DNA of 64,000 nucleotides from Escherichia coli (GTDB lineage Bacteria; Pseudomonadota; Gammaproteobacteria; Enterobacterales; Enterobacteriaceae): NCBI RefSeq assembly GCF_016026235.1, contig NZ_CP065613.1; one strand, 5' to 3'. Shown piece by piece: positions 34,357 to 45,279 of this stretch (position 1 is its first letter; each line of letters starts with the position of its first letter). The notes under the pieces were generated by a model. It saw only the letters and a program-made list of their open reading frames with translations, ran no database searches and was not told where the DNA came from. The position numbers and the translations under genes were made by a program.

Positions 34357-34614
34357 TTAACAGAATCCTTTTAATTATCGTTAAACGTATTTTCTAAACG
34401 AATTTTAAACGGCGTCATTTATAAATGACATACTGTTTTTAAAATAGAATGGTGATTAAAAACAATGAGAAAAATAGATGAAATAATATTATTTATCGAT
34501 ATGTGATCGAAGTCGAAATGAGATATAAGGTGAATTACTGGTATTTGAAATTTATTTTTTAATATTGTCGGAATTTATCTGATTAACTGCCGGGCCGTAG
34601 ACCCGGCAATTATT

Positions 34615-35496
34615 TTAACCACGACGTGTCGCCAGCCAGCAGAGCAGGGAACCGCCGCAGACCATTAGCGCGCCTTGCCAGAATGAGAACGACAGCGGGG
34701 CGCTGAGCAGCACGGCTGCAAGCGCTGAGGAAAGTACGGGCGTAAAATACGAGCCTACCGCCATTATGGTGACATTGCCATGCAGTATACCGACATTCCA
34801 TGCAGCATAAGCAAATCCTAAGGTAAATGCCGCAGAGATGAGTTTAATCATGACGGGCGTGCTAAATACCATTTCTGGTTGTGGCGTGAGAAAATAGTAA
34901 ACCCACAGACTTGCTCCCGTTAGCAGGACAAAAACGGTAATTCCGTTAAATCCGCGTGCGTATTTATTCGTTACTGTGCAATAGGCTGCCCAGATAAACG
35001 CACCAATAAACGCCAGGAAATAACTCAATGGGCTGGTGGTAATATTATTGATGATTTCATCATAATGTAACCCATTATCACCGCCTAACACCCAGCAGAC
35101 GCCGACCAGGGCTAATAATAATCCTGGTACAATCAGCCAGTTGGTTTTCTGACCATTAAACAGAATGGCAAAGAGAATTGTCAGGCTGGGCCATAGATAG
35201 TTCACCATACCCACTTCAATCGCCTGATGACGGGTCGCCGCATACCCTAAGGAAAGCGCCAGACAGATTTCATAGCTGACGAATAACAGACTCCCGGCGA
35301 GTAAATAGCCTTTCGGAATCTGCCGAATACGCGGAAATCCAACCGTGAAGATTAACAGCAGCCCGCTTAATGAATAGATAGCAGCTGCGCCGCCGACCGG
35401 GCCGAGCCCCTCACTGACACCGCGAATCAATCCTACCATCGTGCTCCACAGGACGATCGCTATTAGCCCTATGAGCGTTGCTTTTTGTCGTGTCAT
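34615..35496 (-). CDS. yddG: Aromatic amino acid exporter (DMT superfamily)
   Basis: 293-aa polytopic ORF recognised as YddG. Confidence 0.9.
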   Translation of the reverse strand: MTRQKATLIGLIAIVLWSTMVGLIRGVSEGLGPVGGAAAIYSLSGLLLIFTVGFPRIRQIPKGYLLAGSLLFVSYEICLALSLGYAATRHQAIEVGMVNYLWPSLTILFAILFNGQKTNWLIVPGLLLALVGVCWVLGGDNGLHYDEIINNITTSPLSYFLAFIGAFIWAAYCTVTNKYARGFNGITVFVLLTGASLWVYYFLTPQPEMVFSTPVMIKLISAAFTLGFAYAAWNVGILHGNVTIMAVGSYFTPVLSSALAAVLLSAPLSFSFWQGALMVCGGSLLCWLATRRG

Positions 35497-35585
35497 GCTC
35501 GCTGTTTTGTCTCTCTTGCCGTTAAAAATTAAACTGAATTTTATAGCATTTTTTTAACTGGCCTGTCAGGCAGTGGTGCGTTTTT

Positions 35586-35710
35586 CTACCGCTATTGAGG
35601 TAGGTCAATTTGCGCAGGCGGATTATTTTGTGGCAAACACGTGTTCTTTTTGATTTCGCGCAAAAAGATTCAGAATTTTACTGTTAGTTTCCTCGCGCAG
35701 TAATACCCCT
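35586..35710 (+). promoter_or_regulatory. fdnG upstream control region with NarL-heptamer-like and FNR-half-site-like motifs
   Basis: TACCGCT (about 35586) and TACCCCT (about 35703) fit the NarL heptamer TACYYMT; TTGATTTCGCGCAAA (about 35649-35663) contains an FNR-like TTGAT half-site. Motif-level only. Confidence 0.35.
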
Positions 35711-35727
35711 GAAAAAAGAGGAAAGCA

Positions 35728-38700
35728 ATGGACGTCAGTCGCAGACAATTTTTTAAAATCTGCGCGGGCGGTATGGCTGGAACAACAGTAGCGGCATTGG
35801 GCTTTGCCCCGAAGCAAGCACTGGCTCAGGCGCGAAACTACAAATTATTACGCGCTAAAGAGATCCGTAACACCTGCACATACTGTTCCGTAGGTTGCGG
35901 GCTATTGATGTATAGCCTGGGTGATGGCGCAAAAAACGCCAGAGAAGCGATTTATCACATTGAAGGTGACCCAGATCATCCGGTAAGCCGTGGTGCGCTG
36001 TGCCCGAAAGGGGCCGGTTTGCTGGATTACGTCAACAGTGAAAACCGTCTGCGCTACCCGGAATATCGTGCGCCAGGTTCTGACAAATGGCAGCGCATTA
36101 GCTGGGAAGAAGCATTCTCCCGTATTGCGAAGCTGATGAAAGCTGACCGTGACGCTAACTTTATTGAAAAGAACGAGCAGGGTGTAACGGTAAACCGTTG
36201 GCTTTCTACCGGTATGCTGTGTGCCTCCGGTGCCAGCAACGAAACCGGGATGCTGACCCAGAAATTTGCCCGCTCCCTCGGGATGCTGGCGGTAGACAAC
36301 CAGGCGCGCGTCTGACACGGACCAACGGTAGCAAGTCTTGCTCCAACATTTGGTCGCGGTGCGATGACCAACCACTGGGTGGATATCAAAAACGCTAACG
36401 TCGTGATGGTGATGGGCGGTAACGCTGCTGAAGCGCATCCCGTCGGTTTCCGCTGGGCGATGGAAGCGAAAAACAACAACGATGCAACCTTGATCGTTGT
36501 CGATCCCCGTTTTACGCGTACCGCTTCTGTAGCGGATATTTACGCACCTATTCGTTCCGGTACGGACATTACGTTCCTGTCTGGCGTTTTGCGCTACCTG
36601 ATCGAAAACAACAAAATCAACGCCGAATACGTTAAGCATTACACCAACGCCAGCTTGCTGGTGCGTGATGATTTTGCTTTCGAAGACGGCCTGTTCAGCG
36701 GTTATGACGCTGAAAAACGCCAGTACGATAAATCGTCCTGGAACTATCAGTTCGATGAAAACGGCTATGCGAAACGCGATGAAACACTGACTCATCCGCG
36801 CTGTGTGTGGAACCTGCTGAAAGAGCACGTTTCCCGTTACTCGCCGGACGTAGTAGAAAACATCTGCGGTACGCCAAAAGCCGACTTCCTGAAAGTGTGT
36901 GAAGTGCTGGCCTCCACCAGCGCGCCGGATCGCACAACTACCTTCCTGTACGCGCTGGGCTGGACGCAGCACACCGTCGGTGCGCAGAACATCCGTACTA
37001 TGGCGATGATCCAGTTGCTGCTCGGTAACATGGGTATGGCCGGTGGCGGCGTGAACGCATTGCGTGGTCACTCCAACATTCAGGGTCTGACTGACTTAGG
37101 CCTGCTCTCTACCAGCCTGCCTGGTTATCTGACGCTGCCGTCAGAAAAACAGGTTGATTTGCAGTCGTATCTGGAAGCGAACACGCCGAAAGCGACACTG
37201 GCTGGTCAGGTGAACTACTGGAGCAACTATCCGAAGTTCTTCGTTAGCCTGATGAAATCTTTCTATGGCGATGCCGCGCAGAAAGAGAACAACTGGGGCT
37301 ATGACTGGCTGCCGAAGTGGGACCAGACTTACGACGTCATCAAGTATTTCAACATGATGGACGAAGGCAAGGTTACCGGTTATTTCTGCCAGGGCTTTAA
37401 CCCGGTTGCGTCCTTCCCGGACAAAAACAAAGTGGTGAGCTGCCTGAGCAAGCTGAAGTACATGGTGGTTATCGATCCGCTGGTGACTGAAACCTCAACC
37501 TTCTGGCAAAACCACGGCGAGTCGAACGATGTCGATCCGGCGTCTATTCAGACTGAAGTATTCCGTCTGCCTTCGACCTGCTTTGCTGAAGAAGATGGTT
37601 CTATCGCTAACTCCGGTCGCTGGCTGCAGTGGCACTGGAAAGGTCAGGATGCGCCGGGCGAAGCGCGTAACGACGGTGAAATTCTGGCGGGTATCTACCA
37701 TCACCTGCGCGAGCTGTACCAGGCCGAAGGTGGTAAAGGCGTAGAACCACTGATGAAGATGAGCTGGAACTACAAGCAGCCGCACGAACCGCAATCTGAC
37801 GAAGTGGCAAAAGAGAACAACGGCTATGCGCTGGAAGATCTCTATGATGCTAATGGCGTGCTGATTGCGAAGAAAGGTCAGTTGCTGAGTAGCTTTGCGC
37901 ATCTGCGTGATGACGGTACAACCGCATCTTCTTGCTGGATCTACACCGGTAGCTGGACAGAGCAGGGCAACCAGATGGCTAACCGCGATAACTCCGACCC
38001 GTCCGGTCTGGGGAATACGCTGGGATGGGCCTGGGCGTGGCCGCTCAACCGTCGCGTGCTGTACAACCGTGCTTCGGCGGATATCAACGGTAAACCGTGG
38101 GATCCGAAACGGATGCTGATCCAGTGGAACGGCAGCAAGTGGACGGGTAACGATATTCCTGACTTCGGCAATGCCGCACCGGGTACGCCAACCGGGCCGT
38201 TTATCATGCAGCCGGAAGGGATGGGACGCCTGTTTGCCATCAACAAAATGGCGGAAGGTCCGTTCCCGGAACACTACGAGCCGATTGAAACGCCGCTGGG
38301 CACTAACCCGCTGCATCCGAACGTGGTGTCTAACCCGGTTGTTCGTCTGTATGAACAAGACGCGCTGCGGATGGGTAAAAAAGAGCAGTTCCCGTATGTG
38401 GGTACGACCTATCGTCTGACCGAGCACTTCCACACCTGGACCAAGCACGCATTGCTCAACGCAATTGCTCAGCCGGAACAGTTTGTGGAAATCAGCGAAA
38501 CGCTGGCGGCGGCGAAAGGCATTAATAATGGCGATCGTGTCACTGTCTCCAGCAAGCGTGGATTTATCCGCGCGGTGGCTGTGGTAACGCGTCGTCTGAA
38601 ACCGCTGAATGTAAATGGTCAGCAGGTTGAAACGGTGGGTATTCCAATCCACTGGGGCTTTGAGGGTGTCGCGCGTAAAGGTTATATCGCTAACACTCTG

Positions 38701-38775
38701 ACGCCGAATGTCGGTGATGCAAACTCGCAAACGCCGGAATATAAAGCGTTCTTAGTCAACATCGAGAAGGCGTAA
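35728..38775 (+). CDS. fdnG: Formate dehydrogenase-N alpha subunit (selenocysteine at codon 196, Tat signal)
   Basis: Track ORFs 35728..36315 and 36364..38775 are in one frame, joined across TGA at 36313-36315 read as Sec; total 1015 aa; N-terminal twin-arginine motif SRRQFFK. Confidence 0.95.
36316..36360 (+). promoter_or_regulatory. Putative SECIS stem-loop directing Sec insertion at the fdnG UGA
   Basis: Position immediately 3' of the in-frame UGA is where bacterial SECIS elements lie; the fold was not computed. Confidence 0.45.
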
Positions 38776-38787
38776 GGGGGCGAACAG

Positions 38788-39672
38788 ATGGCTATGGAAA
38801 CGCAGGACATTATCAAAAGGTCCGCAACTAACTCCATCACGCCGCCTTCTCAGGTGCGTGATTACAAAGCAGAAGTCGCAAAACTTATCGACGTTTCCAC
38901 CTGTATCGGCTGTAAAGCCTGTCAGGTGGCGTGTTCGGAGTGGAACGACATCCGTGATGAAGTGGGGCACTGCGTCGGGGTTTACGATAACCCCGCCGAT
39001 CTGAGCGCCAAGTCCTGGACGGTGATGCGCTTTAGCGAAACCGAACAGAACGGCAAGCTGGAGTGGCTGATCCGTAAAGACGGCTGTATGCACTGTGAAG
39101 ATCCCGGCTGCCTGAAGGCGTGCCCGTCTGCTGGTGCAATCATTCAGTACGCTAACGGTATTGTCGATTTCCAGTCGGAAAACTGCATCGGCTGTGGTTA
39201 CTGCATTGCCGGGTGTCCGTTTAATATTCCGCGCCTCAACAAAGAGGATAACCGGGTATATAAATGCACGCTCTGCGTCGATCGCGTCAGCGTCGGCCAG
39301 GAACCGGCTTGTGTGAAAACCTGTCCGACCGGGGCTATCCACTTCGGCACCAAGAAGGAGATGCTGGAGCTGGCGGAACAGCGCGTGGCGAAACTGAAAG
39401 CGCGTGGTTACGAACATGCTGGCGTCTACAACCCGGAAGGGGTCGGTGGTACGCACGTTATGTACGTGCTGCATCACGCCGATCAGCCGGAGCTGTATCA
39501 CGGTCTGCCGAAAGATCCGAAGATCGACACCTCGGTAAGCCTGTGGAAAGGCGCGTTGAAACCGCTGGCAGCGGCTGGCTTTATTGCCACTTTTGCCGGG
39601 TTGATTTTCCACTACATCGGTATTGGCCCGAATAAGGAAGTGGACGATGACGAGGAGGATCATCATGAGTAA
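38788..39672 (+). CDS. fdnH: Formate dehydrogenase-N beta (4Fe-4S) subunit
   Basis: 294-aa ORF with multiple CxxCxxCxxxCP ferredoxin motifs. Confidence 0.95.
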   Translation: MAMETQDIIKRSATNSITPPSQVRDYKAEVAKLIDVSTCIGCKACQVACSEWNDIRDEVGHCVGVYDNPADLSAKSWTVMRFSETEQNGKLEWLIRKDGCMHCEDPGCLKACPSAGAIIQYANGIVDFQSENCIGCGYCIAGCPFNIPRLNKEDNRVYKCTLCVDRVSVGQEPACVKTCPTGAIHFGTKKEMLELAEQRVAKLKARGYEHAGVYNPEGVGGTHVMYVLHHADQPELYHGLPKDPKIDTSVSLWKGALKPLAAAGFIATFAGLIFHYIGIGPNKEVDDDEEDHHE

Positions 39673-40318
39673 GTCGAAAATGATTGTGCGCACCAAATTT
39701 ATTGATCGCGCCTGTCACTGGACCGTGGTGATTTGTTTCTTCCTGGTGGCGCTGTCCGGGATTTCGTTCTTCTTCCCGACGCTGCAATGGCTGACGCAAA
39801 CCTTCGGTACGCCGCAGATGGGACGCATTTTGCACCCGTTCTTCGGCATTGCGATTTTCGTCGCGCTGATGTTTATGTTTGTGCGTTTTGTGCATCACAA
39901 CATCCCGGATAAGAAAGATATTCCGTGGCTGTTGAACATTGTCGAAGTATTGAAAGGCAATGAGCACAAAGTGGCGGATGTCGGTAAGTACAACGCCGGG
40001 CAAAAGATGATGTTCTGGTCGATCATGAGCATGATTTTCGTGCTGCTGGTGACCGGGGTGATTATCTGGCGTCCGTACTTTGCGCAGTACTTCCCGATGC
40101 AGGTTGTCCGTTATAGCCTGCTGATCCACGCGGCTGCGGGTATCATCCTGATCCACGCCATCCTGATCCATATGTATATGGCATTCTGGGTGAAAGGATC
40201 GATTAAAGGGATGATCGAAGGGAAGGTGAGCCGTCGCTGGGCGAAGAAACACCATCCGCGCTGGTATCGTGAAATCGAGAAGGCAGAAGCGAAAAAAGAG
40301 AGTGAAGAAGGGATATAA
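39665..40318 (+). CDS. fdnI: Formate dehydrogenase-N gamma (cytochrome b556) subunit
   Basis: ORF 39623..40318; likely start ATG at 39665 ([19 protein letters not shown]...), 217 aa; overlaps the fdnH stop. Confidence 0.95.
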
Positions 40319-40397
40319 TCTCTTTTGAACTTTAAGCTGAAAATGGCGCTGTAAAAGGCGTCATTTTCATATTGTAGACAACGTAGGCTTTGTTCAT

Positions 40398-40431
40398 GCC
40401 GGATGCGGCGTGAACGCCTTATCCGGCCTAC
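40398..40431. repeat. REP element (GCCGGATGCGGCGTGAACGCCTTATCCGGCCTAC)
   Basis: Canonical enterobacterial REP palindrome downstream of fdnI. Confidence 0.55.
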
Positions 40432-40466
40432 AAACCGTTCAAATCCAATAGATTGCAGTGAACGTG

Positions 40467-40495
40467 TAGGCCTGATAAGCGTAGCGCATCGGGCA
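40467..40495. repeat. REP element, inverted copy (GTAGGCCTGATAAGCGTAGCGCATCGGGC), forming a BIME with the preceding REP
   Basis: Second REP-like palindrome in opposite orientation about 35 bp from the first. Confidence 0.5.
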
Positions 40496-40519
40496 ATGTT
40501 GCATTTGTCATCAGTTTCA

Positions 40520-40548
40520 AATGGCGCTTTATAAGGTGCCATTTTTTT
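40520..40548 (+). terminator. Rho-independent terminator for fdnGHI (AAUGGCGC loop GUGCCAUU + U7)
   Basis: 8-bp stem (one G-U pair), 8-nt loop, then T7; about 200 bp after fdnI and overlapping the 3' end of convergent yddM. Confidence 0.6.
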
Positions 40549-40831
40549 ATTGCGTAACCAGACGGCGTAATCGCGACACATCCACCGTTTTTTCTGCCTC
40601 TGCCAGACTCCAGGCGTTTTGCAGATTCAGCCACATTTGCGGCGAACTGCCGATCACCACGGAAAGTTTAATTGCCATTTCTGGCGTCAAAGCTGTTTTT
40701 CCGGTCAGCAATCGGCTTGCCGTTGAGGGCGCAATTTCCATTGCTCTGGCAAACTCGCGCAGGCTAACATTAAGTTCGTCCAGTGATTCCTGAATAATGT
40801 CCCCCGGGCGGGGATGATTGGCCATTTTCAT
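40547..40831 (-). CDS. yddM: HTH (XRE/HigA-like) antitoxin-family DNA-binding protein
   Basis: ORF 40547..40909; likely start ATG at 40831 ([19 protein letters not shown]...), 94 aa. Confidence 0.8.
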   Translation of the reverse strand: MKMANHPRPGDIIQESLDELNVSLREFARAMEIAPSTASRLLTGKTALTPEMAIKLSVVIGSSPQMWLNLQNAWSLAEAEKTVDVSRLRRLVTQ

Positions 40832-40976
40832 TAGTGTCTTTACTCTCAGTAGCGTTCCTTCTCTGGGAACACTATCATTATTGTTCCTTCCTACGCAACA
40901 ATAATCCATTTAGCCATTTCATGTTGGAGAGTGTGCGATGCTGCGACCCGAACATGGCAGTCGCAGCAAAGGCCTC

Positions 40977-41987
40977 TTAGCGGCGGAAATCAATCACCAT
41001 ACGGCCACGGATTTTGCCTTCTTCCATCTCGGTAAAGATGGTGTTGATGTCCGCTAACGGACGCAGGGCGACTTTCGGCACCACTTTGCCTTCGGCGGCA
41101 AACTGGAAGGCTTCAGTTAAATCCTGGCGCGTGCCGACCAGCGAACCGACCACTTCAATACCATCCAGCACAAGACGTGGGATATCCAGGCTCATAGACT
41201 CCGGCGGCAGACCGACAGCCACAACACGACCGCCTGCACGGACAGCATCAACTGCCGAGTTAAACGCAGCTTTAGCAACTGCTGTTACCACCGCAGCGTG
41301 AGCGCCACCGGTTTTCTCCTGCACAATTTTGGCGGCGTCTTCGGTGCGTGAGTTAATCGCTAAATCTGCACCCATTTCGGTTGCCAGTTTTAACTGCTCA
41401 TCATTGACATCAATGGCGATCACTTTCGCGTTAAAGACATTCTTCGCGTATTGCAGGGCGAGGTTACCCAGACCGCCAAGACCGTAGATAGCAATCCACT
41501 GACCGGGACGAATTTTTGACAGTTTAACGGCTTTGTAGGTGGTGACGCCCGCACAGGTAATGCTGCTGGCCGCCGCCGAGTCCAGACCATCTGGCACTTT
41601 TACCGCGTAATCGGCGACCACGATGCACTCTTCCGCCATCCCGCCATCAACGCTGTATCCGGCATTTTTAACTGAACGGCAGAGCGTTTCGTTACCACTG
41701 TTACAGTATTCGCAATGACCGCATCCTTCGTAAAACCACGCCACGCTGGCACGATCGCCTGGTTTTAATGAGGTGACACCTGGGCCAACTTCTGCCACCA
41801 CACCGATGCCTTCATGGCCCAGAATTACGCCGGTTTTGTCACCAAAATCGCCATTCTTAACATGAAGATCGGTATGACATACACCACAACACTCCATTTT
41901 CAGCAGGGCTTCGCCATGTTTCAGTGAGCGCAGTGTTTTATCCGTAACGTCAACATGATGATCCTTCGTAACAACTGCAGCCTTCAT
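40977..41987 (-). CDS. adhP: Zn-dependent alcohol dehydrogenase (propanol-preferring)
   Basis: ORF 40977..42017; likely start ATG at 41987 ([14 protein letters not shown]...), 336 aa; zinc-ligand GHEGIG motif. Confidence 0.95.
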   Translation of the reverse strand: MKAAVVTKDHHVDVTDKTLRSLKHGEALLKMECCGVCHTDLHVKNGDFGDKTGVILGHEGIGVVAEVGPGVTSLKPGDRASVAWFYEGCGHCEYCNSGNETLCRSVKNAGYSVDGGMAEECIVVADYAVKVPDGLDSAAASSITCAGVTTYKAVKLSKIRPGQWIAIYGLGGLGNLALQYAKNVFNAKVIAIDVNDEQLKLATEMGADLAINSRTEDAAKIVQEKTGGAHAAVVTAVAKAAFNSAVDAVRAGGRVVAVGLPPESMSLDIPRLVLDGIEVVGSLVGTRQDLTEAFQFAAEGKVVPKVALRPLADINTIFTEMEEGKIRGRMVIDFRR

Positions 41988-42120
41988 AGTTCCTCCTTTT
42001 CGGATGATGTTCTGCATAGCAGGTGAGGCAAATGAGATTTATTCGCCACTACCCAGTATGGATGAGATCTGAAAAAGGGAGAGGGAAATAGCCCGGTAGC
42101 CTTCACTACCGGGCGCAGGC

Positions 42121-43818
42121 TTAGATGGAGGTACGGCGGTAGTCGCGGTATTCGGCTTGCCAGAAATTATCGTCAATGGCTTGTTGCAAAGCTTCAGCAG
42201 ACGTTTTCACCGCCACGCCTTGCTGCTGCGCCATTTTGCCAACCGCAAACGCAATTGCGCGGGAGACTTTCTGAATATCTTTCAGTTCCGGTAGTACCAG
42301 ACCTTCGCCGTTCAGCACCAGCGGCGAATACTGAGCAAGCGTTTCACTTGCTGACATCAGCATCTCATCGGTGATACGTGACGCGCCGGAAGCAATAACA
42401 CCCAGCCCGATGCCAGGGAAAATAAAGGCGTTGTTACACTGGGCGATAGGGTAGATTTTATCTTTCCATACCACTGGATTAAACGGGCTGCCAGTGGCGA
42501 CCAGCGCGTTACCTTCGGTCCAGGCGATAATGTCCTGCGGTGTGGCTTCCACGCGTGACGTCGGGTTAGACAGCGGCATCACGATCGGACGCGGACAGTG
42601 TTTATGCATCTCACGGATGATCTCTTCCGTAAACAGCCCGGTCTGTCCTGAGACGCCAATCAGAATATCTGGTTTTACATTGCGCACCACATCCAGCAGT
42701 GACAGCACATCGCTGTCGGTATCCCAGTCACTGAGGTTTTCGCGTTTCTGCACCAGTTTGGTCTGGAAAGGCAGCAGGTTCGGCATCTTGTCAGTCAGCA
42801 AGCCAAAGCGATCGACCATAAAGACTTTCTGCCGCGCTGCTTCCTCGCTTAATCCTTCGCGCTGGGTCTGGGCGATGATCATTTCGGCAATGCCGCATCC
42901 CGCTGAACCTGCGCCAAGGAAGACGATTTTTTTCTCGCTTAACTGACCACCTGCCGCGCGGCTGGCTGCGATCAGTGTGCCGACTGTTACCGCCGCAGTG
43001 CCCTGAATGTCATCGTTAAAAGAACAAATTTCATTGCGATAGCGGTTAAGTAACGGCATCGCATTTTTTTGAGCAAAGTCTTCAAACTGCAACAGCACGT
43101 CCGGCCAGCGTTGTTTCACAGCCTGGATAAATTCATCAACGAATTCATAGTATTCATCGTCAGTGATACGTGGATTACGCCAGCCCATATACAGCGGATC
43201 GTTAAGCAGCTGCTGGTTGTTGGTCCCGACATCCAGCACCACCGGAAGGGTATACGCCGGGCTGATGCCGCCACAGGCGGTATAGAGCGACAGTTTACCG
43301 ATTGGAATGCCCATCCCACCGATGCCCTGGTCACCAAGCCCCAGAATACGTTCACCGTCAGTCACCACAATCACTTTAATATTATGGTTCGGCACGTTTT
43401 GCAGAATATCGTCCATATTGTGCCGGTTCTGGTAAGAGATAAACACGCCGCGTGAACGGCGGTAGATCTCAGAAAAACGCTCACAGGCTGCGCCGACGGT
43501 TGGGGTATAAATAACAGGCATCATCTCATCAAGATGATTGTTTACCAGACGGTAGAAGAGGGTTTCGTTAGTGTCCTGGATGTTACGCAGGTAGATGTGT
43601 TTGTCGATTTCGGTTTTGAATCCCTGATACTGGATCCATGCTCGTTCCGCTTGTTCTTCGATGGTTTCGACCACTTCCGGCAGTAACCCCAGCAGGTTGA
43701 AGTTACGGCGTTCTTCCATGCTGAAGGCACTGCCTTTATTCAACAACGGAAATTCCAGCAGTACAGGGCCAGCGTAAGGGATATAAAGCGAACGCTGTTT
43801 TTTTGTTTTTGGTTCCAT
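42121..43818 (-). CDS. maeA: NAD-dependent malic enzyme
   Basis: ORF 42121..43845; start placed at ATG 43818 ([17 protein letters not shown]...), 565 aa; the upstream in-frame ATG at 43845 is a possible alternative. Confidence 0.9.
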   Translation of the reverse strand: MEPKTKKQRSLYIPYAGPVLLEFPLLNKGSAFSMEERRNFNLLGLLPEVVETIEEQAERAWIQYQGFKTEIDKHIYLRNIQDTNETLFYRLVNNHLDEMMPVIYTPTVGAACERFSEIYRRSRGVFISYQNRHNMDDILQNVPNHNIKVIVVTDGERILGLGDQGIGGMGIPIGKLSLYTACGGISPAYTLPVVLDVGTNNQQLLNDPLYMGWRNPRITDDEYYEFVDEFIQAVKQRWPDVLLQFEDFAQKNAMPLLNRYRNEICSFNDDIQGTAAVTVGTLIAASRAAGGQLSEKKIVFLGAGSAGCGIAEMIIAQTQREGLSEEAARQKVFMVDRFGLLTDKMPNLLPFQTKLVQKRENLSDWDTDSDVLSLLDVVRNVKPDILIGVSGQTGLFTEEIIREMHKHCPRPIVMPLSNPTSRVEATPQDIIAWTEGNALVATGSPFNPVVWKDKIYPIAQCNNAFIFPGIGLGVIASGASRITDEMLMSASETLAQYSPLVLNGEGLVLPELKDIQKVSRAIAFAVGKMAQQQGVAVKTSAEALQQAIDDNFWQAEYRDYRRTSI

Positions 43819-43974
43819 GTCACTCACTCTTTTTTGAATATCCATCCCTGGGGGGCTTTTATCGTCTTTGCTTTACCGCCAGGGCGTCGGCCCCAAGTAT
43901 AAAGCAGATAAAAACAAAAACACCATTGCGCAGGCAATGGTGTTTAATCGTCATTGAGGACTGATGGTTATGAA

Positions 43975-44112
43975 TTACTTTTCAGCGGGGCGTTTTCTGC
44001 CGGTTGGGTTATTTACTACGCTGGATTTGTCACCTTCGGTAACTATTTTGCGCTGGTTAGAAATTTTATGGTCCAGTCCAAGAATATGACGTGCCTGACG
44101 GTTCGATTTCAT
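43975..44112 (-). CDS. sra: Stationary-phase-induced ribosome-associated protein (45 aa)
   Basis: Hand-translated minus-strand [48 protein letters not shown]; below the ORF-track cutoff; downstream of bdm. Confidence 0.85.
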
Positions 44113-44213
44113 TTTAACTCCTCAATCCTGTAGCTAGTTTTAAGGACAACATCGCCGTAGCGAAGAAACACGTGCTAAACCCCTAAATTAGGTTGCCGAT
44201 CAAGCATAGCACC

Positions 44214-44429
44214 TTAAAGCGTAGGGTGCTGGCCACTGACCACATAATTGATCGTTTGCTGGTAGATATCACTGAGGATGTCGTTATCAGAAGCTTCCAC
44301 CCATTTGGTCAGCTCCATGAGAATGTCATCTTCAGTGACAACACCGTGCTGTGCCCGAAGGCCTTGCTCAATGGCATTAACCAGAGCGGGTTCTGCTGTT
44401 GAATTTTCTGCCTGATAATAAGTAAACAT
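44214..44429 (-). CDS. bdm: Biofilm-dependent modulation protein
   Basis: ORF 44214..44492; likely start ATG at 44429 (MFTYYQAENSTAEPALV...), 71 aa. Confidence 0.85.
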   Translation of the reverse strand: MFTYYQAENSTAEPALVNAIEQGLRAQHGVVTEDDILMELTKWVEASDNDILSDIYQQTINYVVSGQHPTL

Positions 44430-44644
44430 AGTGATTCTCCGTGTCTGTGTATTTATGGTGTCTGCTACGGATCGCAGATTTATAAAGCACATTCAGCATG
44501 GCAAATATTTGCCGCTTCGTTGTTAAGATTAGTCCTAGTTGATGATTTTTATATTTTAACTCCATGATATTCATAGGGATTGTGATTGGTATGATCCGAT
44601 TAATATTGATACAATATCTTTTGGGTTATATATTCCCGGTAATC

Positions 44645-44680
44645 TATTGTGGGAATTTAATTTATTGTGGGAATTTAATT
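44645..44680. repeat. Perfect 18-bp tandem direct repeat (TATTGTGGGAATTTAATT x2) in the divergent bdm-osmC promoter region
   Basis: Read directly: ...aatcTATTGTGGGAATTTAATTTATTGTGGGAATTTAATTtaag..., about 115-150 bp upstream of the osmC ATG. Confidence 0.6.
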
Positions 44681-44792
44681 TAAGTACAGAAGTAATATTT
44701 CTGCCGGATTTTTATTCGGAATATCCTGCTTATCCTCGTGCTGTTTCTCACGTAGTCTATAATTTCCTTTTTAAGCCCACAGGAGAGCAACA

Positions 44793-45224
44793 ATGACAAT
44801 CCATAAGAAAGGTCAGGCACACTGGGAAGGCGATATCAAACGCGGGAAGGGAACAGTATCCACCGAGAGTGGCGTGCTGAACCAACAGCCGTATGGATTT
44901 AACACGCGTTTTGAAGGCGAAAAAGGAACTAACCCTGAAGAACTGATTGGCGCAGCGCATGCCGCATGTTTCTCAATGGCGCTTTCATTAATGCTGGGGG
45001 AAGCGGGATTTACGCCAACATCGATTGATACCACCGCCGATGTGTCGCTGGATAAAGTGGATGCCGGTTTTGCGATTACGAAAATCGCACTGAAGAGTGA
45101 AGTTGCGGTGCCGGGTATTGATGCCTCTACCTTTGACGGCATCATCCAGAAAGCAAAAGCAGGATGCCCGGTTTCTCAGGTACTGAAAGCGGAAATTACG
45201 CTTGATTACCAGTTGAAATCGTAA
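44793..45224 (+). CDS. osmC: Osmotically inducible peroxiredoxin OsmC
   Basis: 143-aa ORF recognised as OsmC. Confidence 0.95.
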   Translation: MTIHKKGQAHWEGDIKRGKGTVSTESGVLNQQPYGFNTRFEGEKGTNPEELIGAAHAACFSMALSLMLGEAGFTPTSIDTTADVSLDKVDAGFAITKIALKSEVAVPGIDASTFDGIIQKAKAGCPVSQVLKAEITLDYQLKS

Positions 45225-45230
45225 AGCATT

Positions 45231-45267
45231 GCCGGATGACGCGTCAGGCGCGTGAATGCCTGATGCG
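45231..45267. repeat. REP element between osmC and ddpF
   Basis: GCCGGATGACGCGTCAGGCGCGTGAATGCCTGATGCG, a REP-type palindrome. Confidence 0.5.
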
Positions 45268-45279
45268 TTGTTAGCATCT

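Noticed and set aside
35902-37071. 389-aa minus-strand ORF, with similar ones at 36054..36479 and 37495..38730
   Set aside because: Lies entirely antisense within fdnG, whose sense strand is a strongly conserved, clearly recognisable protein; long antisense frames are expected in GC-rich coding DNA. No start context or recognisable protein features.
35728-38775. fdnG read as two genes or a pseudogene because of the internal TGA at 36313-36315
   Set aside because: Both track ORFs are in one frame, and formate dehydrogenase-N is a known selenoprotein with Sec at this position; treated as recoding.
38752-39696. 314-aa minus-strand ORF
   Set aside because: Antisense shadow of fdnH; the sense frame carries the ferredoxin cysteine motifs.
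44645-44680. 18-bp tandem repeat as a CRISPR or minisatellite array
   Set aside because: Only two contiguous copies with no spacers and no cas genes nearby; it sits in a promoter region.
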